The notes under the pieces were generated by a model, which saw nothing but the letters and a program-made list of their open reading frames with translations, was not told the DNA's origin and ran no database searches. A DNA stretch of 64,000 nucleotides, taken from positions 1-64,000 of the forward strand of contig CAWIEK010000003.1 in the NCBI GenBank assembly GCA_963835065.1, read 5' to 3'. Origin of the DNA: an uncultured Chthonomonadaceae bacterium. Lineage in GTDB: Bacteria > Armatimonadota > Chthonomonadetes > Chthonomonadales > Chthonomonadaceae. Every line of letters begins with the position of its first letter. Position 1 is the stretch's first letter. The position numbers and the translations under genes are program-made. Shown here piece after piece: positions 50,156 to 60,977 of the stretch.

Positions 50156-50688
50156 ATTCACAGACAATCTACACAATCATGGACATGCGCAGCAACGTAA
50201 AGGTAAATGTCTGCTTTGAGACATTGACCGCAAGCGACAAAGAAATACTCAGAGGGGAGGATTGGCAGGCCGCGCGATTTAGCGCTGTCTGGAAGGAATT
50301 GGCGGAACGTGAAGTCGCGCTGAAGTTGACGCTCTGCGATAGAGATGAAAAACCTGTTCTTGGCCTCGTCCAAATTGGAACTGTGCAGCGAATCAACCTT
50401 GGTGAAATAATGTTACGCGACAGTTTACTTGAAACAGCTCCGGTACATCGGCATGGAACAGCGCAACGACACTACAAAGGAGTTGGACGGGTTTTGATAG
50501 CGCGGTTAGTTGTGGAAAGCAAGGTACAGGGCGCAGAAGGGCGCTTGCTGGTACGCCCGGTTCCGTCCAGTATTCCCTTCTACCCTAAATTGGGATTTCA
50601 AGAAGCGCGGATACCCTCTTATTTTCGACTGGCGGTTCGAGAAGCGGAAGCATTGTTGCAGGCATGTACGTTCCTGTCATCGGAGTGA
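50152..50688 (+). CDS. GNAT-like acetyltransferase
   Basis: LLETAP...YKGVGRVLI...FYPKLGF. Confidence 0.7.
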   Translation: MNSQTIYTIMDMRSNVKVNVCFETLTASDKEILRGEDWQAARFSAVWKELAEREVALKLTLCDRDEKPVLGLVQIGTVQRINLGEIMLRDSLLETAPVHRHGTAQRHYKGVGRVLIARLVVESKVQGAEGRLLVRPVPSSIPFYPKLGFQEARIPSYFRLAVREAEALLQACTFLSSE

Positions 50689-50714
50689 AAGCTACAACAG
50701 CAAGGAAGAAAAGA

Positions 50715-50975
50715 ATGAGCAAGCAGCAAGATCAGGAGAGTGTGAGTCGGCTGGTTATTGAAGCCATAGACGCCGAGTTTGTTCGGGAAGGGTTGGAGCA
50801 AGGCGTCCCGGAAAACATCACTCGGCAGCATTTGGCGGAAAATCGTCAAATGCTAGACCGCTACGAGGAGTTGCTGGCCGCTGGCTATACCGAAGACCAG
50901 ATAGACATGTTATGGGAAGGCAAAACGCCGCAGGAAATACTTGCCGGAGTACGCGCGAACGGAGCCTCACCATAA
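50715..50975 (+). CDS. Small acidic hypothetical protein
   Basis: 86-aa ORF directly downstream of the GNAT gene. Confidence 0.6.
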   Translation: MSKQQDQESVSRLVIEAIDAEFVREGLEQGVPENITRQHLAENRQMLDRYEELLAAGYTEDQIDMLWEGKTPQEILAGVRANGASP

Positions 50976-51019
50976 GCGGGGAACTACTGAACAGGCCGCG
51001 TATTTGAAGTTAAAACCGG

Positions 51020-52192
51020 CTATGTAAGCCCCCTGGTTGTATGTCCGTTAGCGGCGCGTTCAAAGTCAGAGTTTACGCCTGCATCGGTAAATTCCGGCAG
51101 GAGGTTATCTCGCTGCGCTTCCTGCCACAGATTGCCCTCCGAAGAGCGCGCTCCCGCTTCGCGCAGCAACGCCAACGTTTGCTGTCGATCCTGCGTTGTG
51201 GCCCAGACCGACGCGGCGTAGTACAAGTACGTCCAGGTGCTGGCTCTTTGCAGCGCAATGGCGCGTTCAAACAGGGGAATTGCCAGGTCGTACTGTCCCA
51301 TCCCGCGCAGTGGGCAGGCGATGTTATGCGAATTATCGCCCAGACGCCCTTGCTGATCCATCGTTAAGGGCGCGCATCGGTTCTCAACAGCCTCCATTAT
51401 GGCAATAGCTTCCTGCCCTAAGGCGCGTACCTTATCTGTGTTCCGCGCCTCCACATAAACGCGCATGGCGACATACAAACCTTCCAGATTCCATTTTTGC
51501 GCCAGTTCCCAATCCATCTCTTCGTTTGCCAGAAGTGTGATCTGCTCCGCAGCGCGCAGCCCTTTGTCTTTTTGTCCGTCCCACGCGGCGGCGACAGAAA
51601 AGGTGCGCAAAAAGTTGAAGCGTTGAAAGCGGTTACGTGCCGTGGGAACAACGGTATCCAACGCGGATTGAGCAAGCGCGAACCAGGCATCCGCGCGTCC
51701 GCTTTCCACCCAGCATTTTGCCTGTGTGCCGTCGTGCATGACCCACAGCAGTACGCTTTCCGGCGCAATGGTTTTGTCGTTGTCAGACGATTCGAGCGGA
51801 TGGTACGGAAATTGTTCGGCCAGGTTCAGCTTGTAGCCAGTCAGGTGTTCGTCAGCCCATTGCCGTAAAGCGGTTTGTTCGGCCACAACATTGTCGCATT
51901 GATGCAAAACGGCCAGGCTGTCTACAAGCTGCCACCATGCCCATGCCCGTTCATCTGTTGTCAATGGCTGCTTCAGGTAGCGACGCAGCAGAGTCAGCAA
52001 TTCCGCGCGTTCTCCCAACCGATCCAGCAGTTCAAAACCGGCATGAACCGTATCCTGCGTGAGAACGTCCTCTTGAAGCGCAGCTTTATGCAGCAAAAGC
52101 GCCTTTGTCAGCAGTTCGCGGTCCGCAGAATGAGGATCACTGCGAAACTGCGCTGCATACGCGCCGACATATTCGGCAACCGTTGACGACAT
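51020..52192 (-). CDS. Hypothetical helical/TPR-like protein
   Basis: 390-aa ORF with SD AAGGAG; C-terminal 'GQYDLAIPLFERAIAL'. Confidence 0.65.
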   Translation of the reverse strand: MSSTVAEYVGAYAAQFRSDPHSADRELLTKALLLHKAALQEDVLTQDTVHAGFELLDRLGERAELLTLLRRYLKQPLTTDERAWAWWQLVDSLAVLHQCDNVVAEQTALRQWADEHLTGYKLNLAEQFPYHPLESSDNDKTIAPESVLLWVMHDGTQAKCWVESGRADAWFALAQSALDTVVPTARNRFQRFNFLRTFSVAAAWDGQKDKGLRAAEQITLLANEEMDWELAQKWNLEGLYVAMRVYVEARNTDKVRALGQEAIAIMEAVENRCAPLTMDQQGRLGDNSHNIACPLRGMGQYDLAIPLFERAIALQRASTWTYLYYAASVWATTQDRQQTLALLREAGARSSEGNLWQEAQRDNLLPEFTDAGVNSDFERAANGHTTRGLT

Positions 52193-52305
52193 AGCGGCTC
52201 CTTGTCACCCACCAGAAACTTCGCATACGACCACAGCAACAGTCGGTCTTGTGGAAACATGCTGCCGGCCTGAATACCGACACCCGAACACCGACCCTGC
52301 CGTTG

Positions 52306-53661
52306 TTATACAGCGCTTTTGCGCTTGCCGCTTGCTCGCGCCTCGTACTCCTCGTCCGTTTTGTCCTCATCCTCGAAATTGAACTCGATATCGCGGATTT
52401 TCACCGTGTCGCCGTCCTGCGCGCCCAGACTGCGCAGGCGCTTGGTGACGCCGATTTTATCCAGGGATTTTTGCAGGCGGCGCACGGCGAACTCGTTTTC
52501 CAGATCGGTCATCGCCACCATGCGCTCCAGCCCTTTGCCGACCACCTGGTATTGTCCCTTGCCGATTTGCCGCGCTTCCCAATGGTTGTCGTCTTCCTGC
52601 GGTGTTGCGCGAATGACAATCTCGCGCGTTGGTTCCGCGTCCTGCCGCGCCTGCTCTTCCGCCCGCAGGGCTTCCAGCCGATCCATGACCGTGTAAATCA
52701 GGGGCGTCAGGCCGTTGCGGGTGGCGGCGGAAATGCGGTACACAGTATAGCCCCGGTTTTGCAGTTCGATTTCGAGCGCATCCACCTGCGCGGGTTCCTG
52801 CATGGCGTCAATTTTGTTCAGCGCGACAATCTGCGGCAATTGGGCCAAGCGTGGGTCGTACAACGCCAGTTCGCGGTTCAGCACCTCGAAATCGTTCAGG
52901 GGATCGCGCCCCGTCATCCCGCTCACGTCCAATAGATGAATCAGCAGGCGCGAACGGGACACGTGTCGTAAAAACTGATGCCCTAATCCCACACCCTCAT
53001 GCGCGCCCTCGATGATGCCCGGAATATCCGCCATGACGAAGTTGCGCTCCGATTCGACGCGCACCACGCCTAAATTTGGGACGAGGGTTGTAAACGGATA
53101 ATCCGCGATTTTGGGTTTGGCGGCGGAAACAGCGGAAATCAGCGTGGATTTGCCGACATTGGGGAATCCAAGCAGGCCCACGTCCGCCAAAAGCCGCAGT
53201 TCCATTTTCAGCCGCTTCACTTCGCCCGGCTCGCCCCGTTCCGCGAACTTGGGAGCCTGGTGAATGGACGTGGCGAAGTGGGCGTTGCCCCGCCCGCCGA
53301 TGCCACCCTTCGCCGCTATAAACCGGGCGTCGGGCGTGTTCATATCTGCAATCACTTCGCCCGTATCCAGGTCGGTGACAACCGTTCCGAGGGGCACTTT
53401 GAGTTCCAAATTGCCGCCGTCCTTGCCGAACATATCCTTTGAGGCTCCGTCGCCGCCCCTGTCCGCTTTATATTTGTGCCGGTAACGAAAATCCAGCAGC
53501 GTGGTCACGTTGGAGTCCACCTGAAAAATCACGCTGCCGCCGTGCCCGCCATCGCCGCCGTTCGGTCCGCCGTTGGGCACGTATTTTTCCGTGCGAAACG
53601 TCGCCATGCCGTTGCCGCCATTGCCGGCCAAAACTTCGATTTCCACTTCATCTACAAACAT
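52306..53661 (-). CDS. obg: GTPase ObgE/CgtA
   Basis: MFVDEV, GGPNGGDGG, GFPNVGKST, DIPG, NKID and C-terminal DUF1967-like tail. Confidence 0.97.
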   Translation of the reverse strand: MFVDEVEIEVLAGNGGNGMATFRTEKYVPNGGPNGGDGGHGGSVIFQVDSNVTTLLDFRYRHKYKADRGGDGASKDMFGKDGGNLELKVPLGTVVTDLDTGEVIADMNTPDARFIAAKGGIGGRGNAHFATSIHQAPKFAERGEPGEVKRLKMELRLLADVGLLGFPNVGKSTLISAVSAAKPKIADYPFTTLVPNLGVVRVESERNFVMADIPGIIEGAHEGVGLGHQFLRHVSRSRLLIHLLDVSGMTGRDPLNDFEVLNRELALYDPRLAQLPQIVALNKIDAMQEPAQVDALEIELQNRGYTVYRISAATRNGLTPLIYTVMDRLEALRAEEQARQDAEPTREIVIRATPQEDDNHWEARQIGKGQYQVVGKGLERMVAMTDLENEFAVRRLQKSLDKIGVTKRLRSLGAQDGDTVKIRDIEFNFEDEDKTDEEYEARASGKRKSAV

Positions 53662-53938
53662 CACCACTGCGCTCGCTTTCTTTCTTTGCTGCAACCCACG
53701 CTTATCGCTGCGCTTCGCCAACCCTGACGGCACGCGCTTTCCAGCCGTGCCCTATCAAAATATCTTTCTCTATTGTATCAGGTTTCATCCCACTTAGGGA
53801 AAATGAAAATTGTTCCTGAGAATAGAGGAGTTCGGCGGCGCATGTCTAACATTACTGGGGAAGATACTTTGAGAGTTCATCGCGCAGATGAAGAAGTCTG
53901 CAAGCCGTTTTTGGAACGGCGGCGTTCGGGAGGCATGT

Positions 53939-54535
53939 ATGTTGATGGGGAAAATTTTTGTCGGTATCGCTATTGTGGCTCTGATTGGCGTCGGAGGTTA
54001 CTTCCTGGCGCAGAAAAACAAGGCGCAGGCGGCTGTGCAGCAGGAAGTCGCGCTGCAGCAGTCGGAAAAGCAGGAATGTGAAAAGCGCCTGACGCTGTTT
54101 TATGGAGCGTGGAAGAAATACAAAGCCGACCACAAGGGGCAAGACCCGGCGACCGTTGACCTGCTTGTGCCCAAGTACATCTCGGATGTGAACCTGCTGG
54201 TTTGCCCTACGGCCAAACGCTGGATTAGCAACCACAAAGCCATAGACCGGGGAACCTTCAAGGTCAACAATAAGGATGTTGACGCAACCTACGAGTTCCT
54301 GTGGCTTGGGGCAAATAAAGACCTCAACCTAAAGAAATACGGGGACAAAGCGCCTCTGATTGCCTGTTCCGCCCACGAAGAAGGGCTATACCTGGCCGTT
54401 TATAACAAGAAGCCGCCAGTCAGCGCCTTTGACGCCGACAAGCGCGCCGGTTACGTAGCGGAACTGCAAAACGCGCATCTTCTCGCCGTGCGGCGCAATG
54501 GAACCGTAGGAGAGTTGACCTCTAATGAAGAGTGA
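53939..54535 (+). CDS. Hypothetical membrane-anchored, pilin-like protein
   Basis: N-terminal TM segment, CPT motif, C-terminal 'VRRNGTV'. Confidence 0.6.
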   Translation: MLMGKIFVGIAIVALIGVGGYFLAQKNKAQAAVQQEVALQQSEKQECEKRLTLFYGAWKKYKADHKGQDPATVDLLVPKYISDVNLLVCPTAKRWISNHKAIDRGTFKVNNKDVDATYEFLWLGANKDLNLKKYGDKAPLIACSAHEEGLYLAVYNKKPPVSAFDADKRAGYVAELQNAHLLAVRRNGTVGELTSNEE

Positions 54536-54551
54536 AGAGAAGTGATTCGGG

Positions 54552-56351
54552 TCAGGGCGACTGCGCGACGATGCTGTCACCCTGCCGGATAGTCACGAGG
54601 GTATTTGTGGCGGCAACGTCAACATGCTGCGTTTTGCCGTCCGGCCAGCGCATCTCCAGGCTGACCGGCCCTTTGTACGCGCCCAGCCCGAAGTGGGCGA
54701 CAGGCGGCAGGGCGGACAGGACGCTGCCCGACGTTCGGATTTCGCGCAGTTGCTTGTGGCCGTTTGCCAACAAGGTAATTCGCGCGCCCAATCCGAAGCG
54801 GTTCGCCCCGGAAGATTGCAGCTGCACGTCCAGCCAGTTCTGCGGGGCTGACTGATTGTGCAGCAGAACCGCCTCGCCTTCCAGATTACAAATCAGCGCG
54901 TCTGCCCGTCCATCCCGGTCATAATCCGCGAACGCCAGCCCCCGGCCCACAAGCGGGATTTTGGCCCACTCGCCTGTCTGCGCGGTGACGTCCGTAAAAT
55001 GCCCCTGATGGTTTTGGAAAATTTGAATCGGCTGCGCATAGGTTTGTGACGCATCGAAATCATGCACGTTGTCGCGCACGTGCCCGCTTGTCACCATCAA
55101 ATCCAGCCAGCCGTCATTATCCAAATCCGCAAAGCCCACGCCGAATTTAACATAAGGCATCGTCGCCGGTCCAAGCCCGGTCGTGCCACTGGTAAAACTG
55201 AACAGGCCGTCGCCATCATTATGATACAGGCTGATGGCTTGCTCAAAATAGGTCGTCACCACCAGGTCCAGCCGCCCGTCATTGTCATAATCGCCTGAAT
55301 CCACGCCCATTCCGCCCTGCACATGCCCCTGTCCATCAAACGCCGTGCCGCTTTTGGTTCCCACATCCTGCCATCCGGCGGCATCGCGCGTCCATAAATC
55401 CCCCGGCATCTGATCGTTGGCGAGATACAGCGCGGGATGGCCTTGATTGAGCAGGTCGGAGGCCAATACCCCCCACGTTTTACCCGTATCCTTCCAGGGA
55501 ACGGCGCGAAAATGCCTGCCGTCTATGTTACGAAACAATTTGCCCGACAGGGCCGCGTACATTTCGGGGCCGCAGGCGGAGCGCATGTTGGCAACCTGGC
55601 AAATTTGCGGCGTATCGGCATCGAACTTCACGTATTGCGACACAAACAAGTCCAGCCTCCCCGTGCCGCTCAAATCCGCGAAGGCCGCGCTCATAGACCA
55701 ATCCAGGCCGTCAATACCGCTTTCTTTGGTAACATCCTCAAAGCGCCCGTTGCCCAGATTGCGATACAGCGCGCAACAGCGATAGCCCGTCAGGAAAATA
55801 TCGGGCTTGCCGTCGCCGTCATAATCGCCAACCGCGCACCCCATCCAATAAGCGTCGGTTTTCAGGCCGCTGATTCTGGTTACATCCGTGAATTTACCGT
55901 TATGTTCGTTGTGGTAGAGGGCGAGGTTATGCGGCCCGACAAGCAGCGCGTCCGGCCAGCCGTCGCCGTCATAGTCCAGCCACGCGCACCCGCCCCCGGA
56001 GGTTTCCAGCAGCGTGAGCGGCGAGCGGCCCTGATGTCCCAAAGTGAAGTGAATGCCCGCTTCCTGCGCGGCAGACACAAAGCGCAGGGAAGTGGAAGCG
56101 GCAGGAGAAGGCGTTCCTGACGGCGATTGTGGGGGTGGGGTGGGCGCAGGTGGGTGCGGCTTGCCGCACCCGCACAGAACAAGGCACAACAGCGCCGCGC
56201 ATTGCCACGCCGCAGGCCGGTACTCTCCAGGGAACAGCGCCCGGACGGAAGAAACAACGCGCCGCGCAAACAATCGCAACGCAAACAATCGCCGCGTAAA
56301 ATTGCGCGGCACAGCAACGCGCGGCATAAAGGATAAGCGGCAACGGTTCAT
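54552..56351 (-). CDS. CRTAC1/ASPIC-UnbV family FG-GAP repeat protein
   Basis: DYDGDGWPD repeats, GGMGVDSGDYDNDG, NRFGLGARI, HFGLG, WPDG; lipobox LCGC. Confidence 0.9.
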   Translation of the reverse strand: MNRCRLSFMPRVAVPRNFTRRLFALRLFARRVVSSVRALFPGEYRPAAWQCAALLCLVLCGCGKPHPPAPTPPPQSPSGTPSPAASTSLRFVSAAQEAGIHFTLGHQGRSPLTLLETSGGGCAWLDYDGDGWPDALLVGPHNLALYHNEHNGKFTDVTRISGLKTDAYWMGCAVGDYDGDGKPDIFLTGYRCCALYRNLGNGRFEDVTKESGIDGLDWSMSAAFADLSGTGRLDLFVSQYVKFDADTPQICQVANMRSACGPEMYAALSGKLFRNIDGRHFRAVPWKDTGKTWGVLASDLLNQGHPALYLANDQMPGDLWTRDAAGWQDVGTKSGTAFDGQGHVQGGMGVDSGDYDNDGRLDLVVTTYFEQAISLYHNDGDGLFSFTSGTTGLGPATMPYVKFGVGFADLDNDGWLDLMVTSGHVRDNVHDFDASQTYAQPIQIFQNHQGHFTDVTAQTGEWAKIPLVGRGLAFADYDRDGRADALICNLEGEAVLLHNQSAPQNWLDVQLQSSGANRFGLGARITLLANGHKQLREIRTSGSVLSALPPVAHFGLGAYKGPVSLEMRWPDGKTQHVDVAATNTLVTIRQGDSIVAQSP

Positions 56352-57577
56352 GGCGTTGCTTTCGGCGCGCTGCCAAGCCGGCTTTGCAATTGCGCCAATC
56401 GCGTCTTGAGAGCGGCCTGGTTCGGGTTGATGTTCAGCGCGTTGCGCAGACTGTCAACGGCTCCGGTCAAATCACCCTGCCGCGCCTGCAAATCGGCCAG
56501 GCGCGAATACAGGTCGGCATTGTTCGGCTGACTGCCCAATGTGGCGCGAACGTCATCCATTTGGCGCTGCAAGTCCTGCCGACGGCGGAAAATGGCAAGC
56601 GCGCGCTCGGCGTCCGCTGTCCGGTTTAAGCGCCGACAGACCAGTCCCAGAGAGTAATACGTTTGGGTGTGTTCCGGGGCGGTTTGTGTGCTGCGTTCCA
56701 AAAAGCGCGCCGCCACCGCCCAATGCCCGCGCAGGCGCTCCAATTCTCCATGCTCAAAGGGCAGCAGAGGATTGTCCGGGTTGATCTGCTCGATGATGGC
56801 GATTACCTGCTCGGCGCGGTCTAAATCCTCGTTGTTGCGATGGCCGGTCAGCAGGGCGTTCAGGTAGTCGGACTGCACTTTCAGGCTGGCGGGAGCCAGT
56901 TGCGCGGCCTGCTGCAGGGCGGCAAGGCCCGCCTCAATGTTGCCGACGCCGATTTCTATAGTGCCCTTCAAGGCCAGGCAGTTCGGATCGGCGGGAAGAA
57001 GGCGCAGCGCCTGGGCAATGGCCTCCTGCGCCTGCGCCGTTCGCTGCGTTTCCAGATAGCAGGTCGCCAGTTCATACCAGGCCCCCGCTGCCTTCGGGTC
57101 TGCCTGAACAACGGCATTAAAGGCTTCGGAAGCGTGGAGATAGGACCCTTTTTCCCGGTACAAGCGTCCGAGCGCCATTTGCGCCACCACGCTGCGCGGG
57201 TTGTTTCCCACCGCCCGCTTCAGTAATTCAAACGCTTCCGAATAGTGGTTCTCCGCAATCAGAATTTCGGCAAGCCCGGTCGCCACTTCCGCGTCTTTCT
57301 GGTTAAGCGCATACGCCTGAATCAGCGCGGGTTCCGCCATCGCCGCGTCGCCGTCATGGGCAAGGCGCAGTCCCAGTATTCGCCAGCCCAGCGCATCGTT
57401 GGGATGGTCATCCAGCATCCGGCGCAGGCTCACCAGACTCATGCGCGGATAGCGGTACGCCGCGCTCCAGGGGCCGAACCACCACGCGGCGACGCTGCCA
57501 CAGCCGACAGCCAGGAGGAGCAGCAGGATGGCCTTCCAGCGCCCGCGTCGTACAGGTTTTTCAGGTGTTACTTCCAT
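56348..57577 (-). CDS. TPR repeat protein, membrane anchored
   Basis: N-terminal TM segment and multiple TPRs; ATGA overlap with the downstream gene. Confidence 0.88.
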   Translation of the reverse strand: MEVTPEKPVRRGRWKAILLLLLAVGCGSVAAWWFGPWSAAYRYPRMSLVSLRRMLDDHPNDALGWRILGLRLAHDGDAAMAEPALIQAYALNQKDAEVATGLAEILIAENHYSEAFELLKRAVGNNPRSVVAQMALGRLYREKGSYLHASEAFNAVVQADPKAAGAWYELATCYLETQRTAQAQEAIAQALRLLPADPNCLALKGTIEIGVGNIEAGLAALQQAAQLAPASLKVQSDYLNALLTGHRNNEDLDRAEQVIAIIEQINPDNPLLPFEHGELERLRGHWAVAARFLERSTQTAPEHTQTYYSLGLVCRRLNRTADAERALAIFRRRQDLQRQMDDVRATLGSQPNNADLYSRLADLQARQGDLTGAVDSLRNALNINPNQAALKTRLAQLQSRLGSAPKATP

Positions 57578-57608
57578 TAGTATTTTTAATTGATATTTTC
57601 GTTTGTTT

Positions 57609-59372
57609 TCAAGGCTCTGTAATCGTTACATCACCGGGAATTTTGGGCGAATTCAGGATGCTTTTCGCGCCGCTCGGCCACTTCACTTCGATGCGGTCTA
57701 CGGCGGCCACATTGCCCAATCCGATCCACGCCCGCGCGTCGCTTGCGGACAGGTAGCTGCCGCCGGTGGTACATTCGGCCCGCCATTGCCGGCTTCCTGC
57801 CACAACCCTTATTTGCGCGCCGATACCCATACGGTTGCTGCGCGTGCCTACCAGCCGAACACGCAGCCATTTCCCCGTTGCGGGGATACGGTTGTACAGG
57901 ATGCGGACGCGCCCTTCCAGATCCGTGACAACCAGGTCGAGCCTGCCATCCTCATCGAAATCGGCAATGGCTAACGCCCGTCCCACGCACGGCGTTGTAA
58001 ATCCCGGCCCGGCCTCTTTGGAACGCTCCTGCAAGCCGCCCTTGCCGTCGTTCATGAACAATTGCAGGGGCTGGCGATAGCGCGACATGGCATCTATTTT
58101 TTCCTCGTTATCATAAACGTGTCCGTTCGCCTGCGCAATGTCCAGCCAGCCATCGTTATCGAAATCCGCCCATTTAATGCCGAAACCCACATACGGGCGC
58201 GTGGCCTGCGTGACTCCCGTTGCCACGCCCTGATTCTGGTACGCGCCCCCGCCCCCATCCACGTACAGGCTCGTGCCCTCATACTGGAAGGTGGAAACGG
58301 CCAGGGACGGCTTGCCGTCATGCTTGAAATCGCCCCAATCCACGCCCATCGCGCCCTGCGGCTTGCCGTCTTCCGTCAGCGCCACGCCGTGCAGCAAGCC
58401 TTCCTCGACAAATCCCTTGCCCTTTTGATTGACAAAAAAATCTCCCGGCATTTCGTCGTTGCCCAGGTACAGGTCAGGCCAGCCGTCGCCGTTCACATCC
58501 GCAAACGCCACGCCCAGGCATTTGCCGTGCGCTTTGTCCAGTCCCATCTGGCGCGTCACGTCCTGAAAATGCCCGCCTCCCAGATTGCGGTACAGGCTGC
58601 CGATTTGCGGGTCGTACATTTTGGGGCCGCAGGCGGTCGGGGTGTTTTTGCGGTCACTGCAAAACTGCATCGTGTGTTCATTGAAGACGACATAGCGCCC
58701 GATGTACACATCCAATTTGCCGTCTCGATCCACATCCGCGAACGCCGCGCTTGTGGCCCAACTGGTGGGCGAAGGCGCTTCCAGTCCCGAACCTTTGGTG
58801 ATGTCGGCGAACTTGCCCCCGCCCAAATTACGAAACAATTTTACCACGCCGTAGCCGGTGAGGAGCAGATCGGGGCGTCCGTCGTTATCTATGTCGCCGA
58901 CTGCGCAGCCGGTGAAAAATCCCGATGTTTCCAGGCCGCTGCCTTTGGTGACATCCTCAAAAGTTCCATTGCCCCGGTTATGATAAAGCCGGCACTGCCC
59001 CGCGCGCTCTGCGGCAGGTTTGCCGGAAGGTTTATCCCAGGGTTGGTTCATGGGCTGTCCGACGAAAAACAGGTCGGCATGGCCGTCGCCGTCATAATCG
59101 AATACGGCGCAGCCCGTGCCGATAGTTTCCAGGAGCGTCAGGGGCGATTTGCCGCCGTGTCCAAGCTGAAAATCCACGCCCGCTGCCAGGGCGCGCTCTT
59201 CAAACCAGGCGGGCAGGGAAATGGCTGACGGAGGGGAAGGCAGGGTTTCCGAGGGTGTCTTCGGCCTGCACGAGAAGGCGCATATCAGGCCAATTGCCGC
59301 CAGCAGCGCGCCCGTAAGGATACGAAGGATGCCAATGCAGGCGGGGCGGATTGTCTTGCGTGATGCGCTCAT
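57609..59372 (-). CDS. CRTAC1/ASPIC-UnbV family FG-GAP repeat protein
   Basis: DYDGDG/DIDNDG repeats, NRMGIGAQI, GGSYLS, WPSG. Confidence 0.9.
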   Translation of the reverse strand: MSASRKTIRPACIGILRILTGALLAAIGLICAFSCRPKTPSETLPSPPSAISLPAWFEERALAAGVDFQLGHGGKSPLTLLETIGTGCAVFDYDGDGHADLFFVGQPMNQPWDKPSGKPAAERAGQCRLYHNRGNGTFEDVTKGSGLETSGFFTGCAVGDIDNDGRPDLLLTGYGVVKLFRNLGGGKFADITKGSGLEAPSPTSWATSAAFADVDRDGKLDVYIGRYVVFNEHTMQFCSDRKNTPTACGPKMYDPQIGSLYRNLGGGHFQDVTRQMGLDKAHGKCLGVAFADVNGDGWPDLYLGNDEMPGDFFVNQKGKGFVEEGLLHGVALTEDGKPQGAMGVDWGDFKHDGKPSLAVSTFQYEGTSLYVDGGGGAYQNQGVATGVTQATRPYVGFGIKWADFDNDGWLDIAQANGHVYDNEEKIDAMSRYRQPLQLFMNDGKGGLQERSKEAGPGFTTPCVGRALAIADFDEDGRLDLVVTDLEGRVRILYNRIPATGKWLRVRLVGTRSNRMGIGAQIRVVAGSRQWRAECTTGGSYLSASDARAWIGLGNVAAVDRIEVKWPSGAKSILNSPKIPGDVTITEP

Positions 59373-60852
59373 GGATGCGGCGTGACCGAGGGCGCAGCCG
59401 CCAGGTGAGGGGCAGGCGCGGATGCAGGCAAGCCTGTCCCATTCCCGGCTGCCGTCGGGACGGATGGGGCAGGCATTGCATCCGATGCAGGCAGGCACGA
59501 TGAGGCAGTGGCGAACCCGATGCGGAAGGCGGCGCAGCGGCGGGGGCAGGCGGCTTATTTGCGGCTTTCTGCCTGAGTTCCGCTTCGGCTTTGCGCTTGA
59601 GTTCCGCTTTGTATTTTTCGAATTCGGCGCGTACCGCTCTGTCTTCCACGCCCATTCGCTCATACACCTTGTATTCCGACACGGCATCCTCATCATTCTC
59701 GTATTTGCGGAACAAACGCGCCATTTGCAGATGCAAAGGCCGGTTCTGCGGGTCGAGCCGGATGCGGTTTTGCGTATCTTCGATGTCGTGCTTGGCTTTC
59801 GCTAATTCCTGCGCGGTGGCGATAGCGGCTTTGCCCGCGTCCACCTTGCCGATTTTTATCAAGCACAGGCCAAAATGGTACAGGGCTTGATCGTCGGAAG
59901 CGTTCAAATTGGTCGCGATGCGCAGATGCTCCACGGCTCCCACCCAATCGCTCTGCCGCTCCTTCAAGCGCCCCAGTTCCAGCTGCGCGTCGCCCATTTG
60001 CGGATCCAGGCTGACGGCGTTTTCCAATTGCTGCTGCGCCTGCGTTCGCAGGGCAGGCGTGTCGCCCATTTGCAGATACATTTGCCCCAGCCAGAAATGG
60101 GCCGTCGGGTCTTTGGGATTGAGCGCGATAGCCTTCTGAAACTGCTCCTCGGCCTCCTGAAAACGGGAATAGTGGCGGGAAATCTGTCCCAAATCCCGCC
60201 AGGAAAGCGCTTGTTTGGGATCCAGGGCAGTGGCTTTCTTCAGCGCCTCATACGCCAGGTCGGATTCAGACGATTCGCCGTACATCTTGCCTAGCGAGTA
60301 CCAGGCATAGGCATTGTCCGGCTGCAAGGCCACGACTTTCTTAAGTGGCTCAATGGCCTTGCGGGGGCTGCCCATAGCATACGTGGCTTTTGCCAGCGAC
60401 AGTAGATTCCCCGGATTGTCGGGTTCCAGCTTGACCGCTTCCTGAACGGATTGCAGCGCGGCGGGCATATTGCCCATGCGCAGGTAAGCGTTTCCAAGCG
60501 ACAGATGCGCGTCGGCTACTTTGGGGTTGAGGCTGACAGCGTATTGCAGGGCGCCCACCGCTTCCTTGGAATGTCCGGCGTTCAGCAGCGCGACGCCATA
60601 ATAGCCCCAGGTGAGCTGATCTGTAGGGTTGTCGTGAACGGCCAGCGCCAGTTCTTCTACGGAAAGCGTCTTCAGTTGCCGTTCCCGCGCCCAGGCGCTG
60701 TTGCGAACACGGATACTGATGCTGACAGCAAGAACGCCCAGCAGCACAAGCAAGGCCAGGCGCAAGGGAAAACGCGGTTTCGACTTTGCGGGGCCGGCCT
60801 GCGTCGTGTCGCGTGAGGATGTTGTTACGAGGGATTTCATACGCTCTGACAT
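59369..60852 (-). CDS. TPR repeat protein; probable frameshift near 59510
   Basis: TM segment plus TPRs; the Ala/Pro-rich tail in the shifted frame ends at a TGA overlapping ATG 59372. Confidence 0.8.
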
Positions 60853-60977
60853 TCGTTGTCAATAGAGTGGGACGGTGACAGATTTGCCGGTTATTACCAC
60901 AAAGTACATGGCGATAACCGGCAAATTTCCTGGCGAATTGGCCTTTGCAAGCAACGTAAGGCTTAGAAGTTTAAGAC

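Noticed and set aside
540..59520. Programmed frameshifting or widespread pseudogenisation (shifts near 620, 4705, 19470, 25293, 26750, 26995, 59510)
   Set aside because: Isolated indels in otherwise intact, unrelated genes are better explained by long-read assembly errors; this cannot be resolved without reads.
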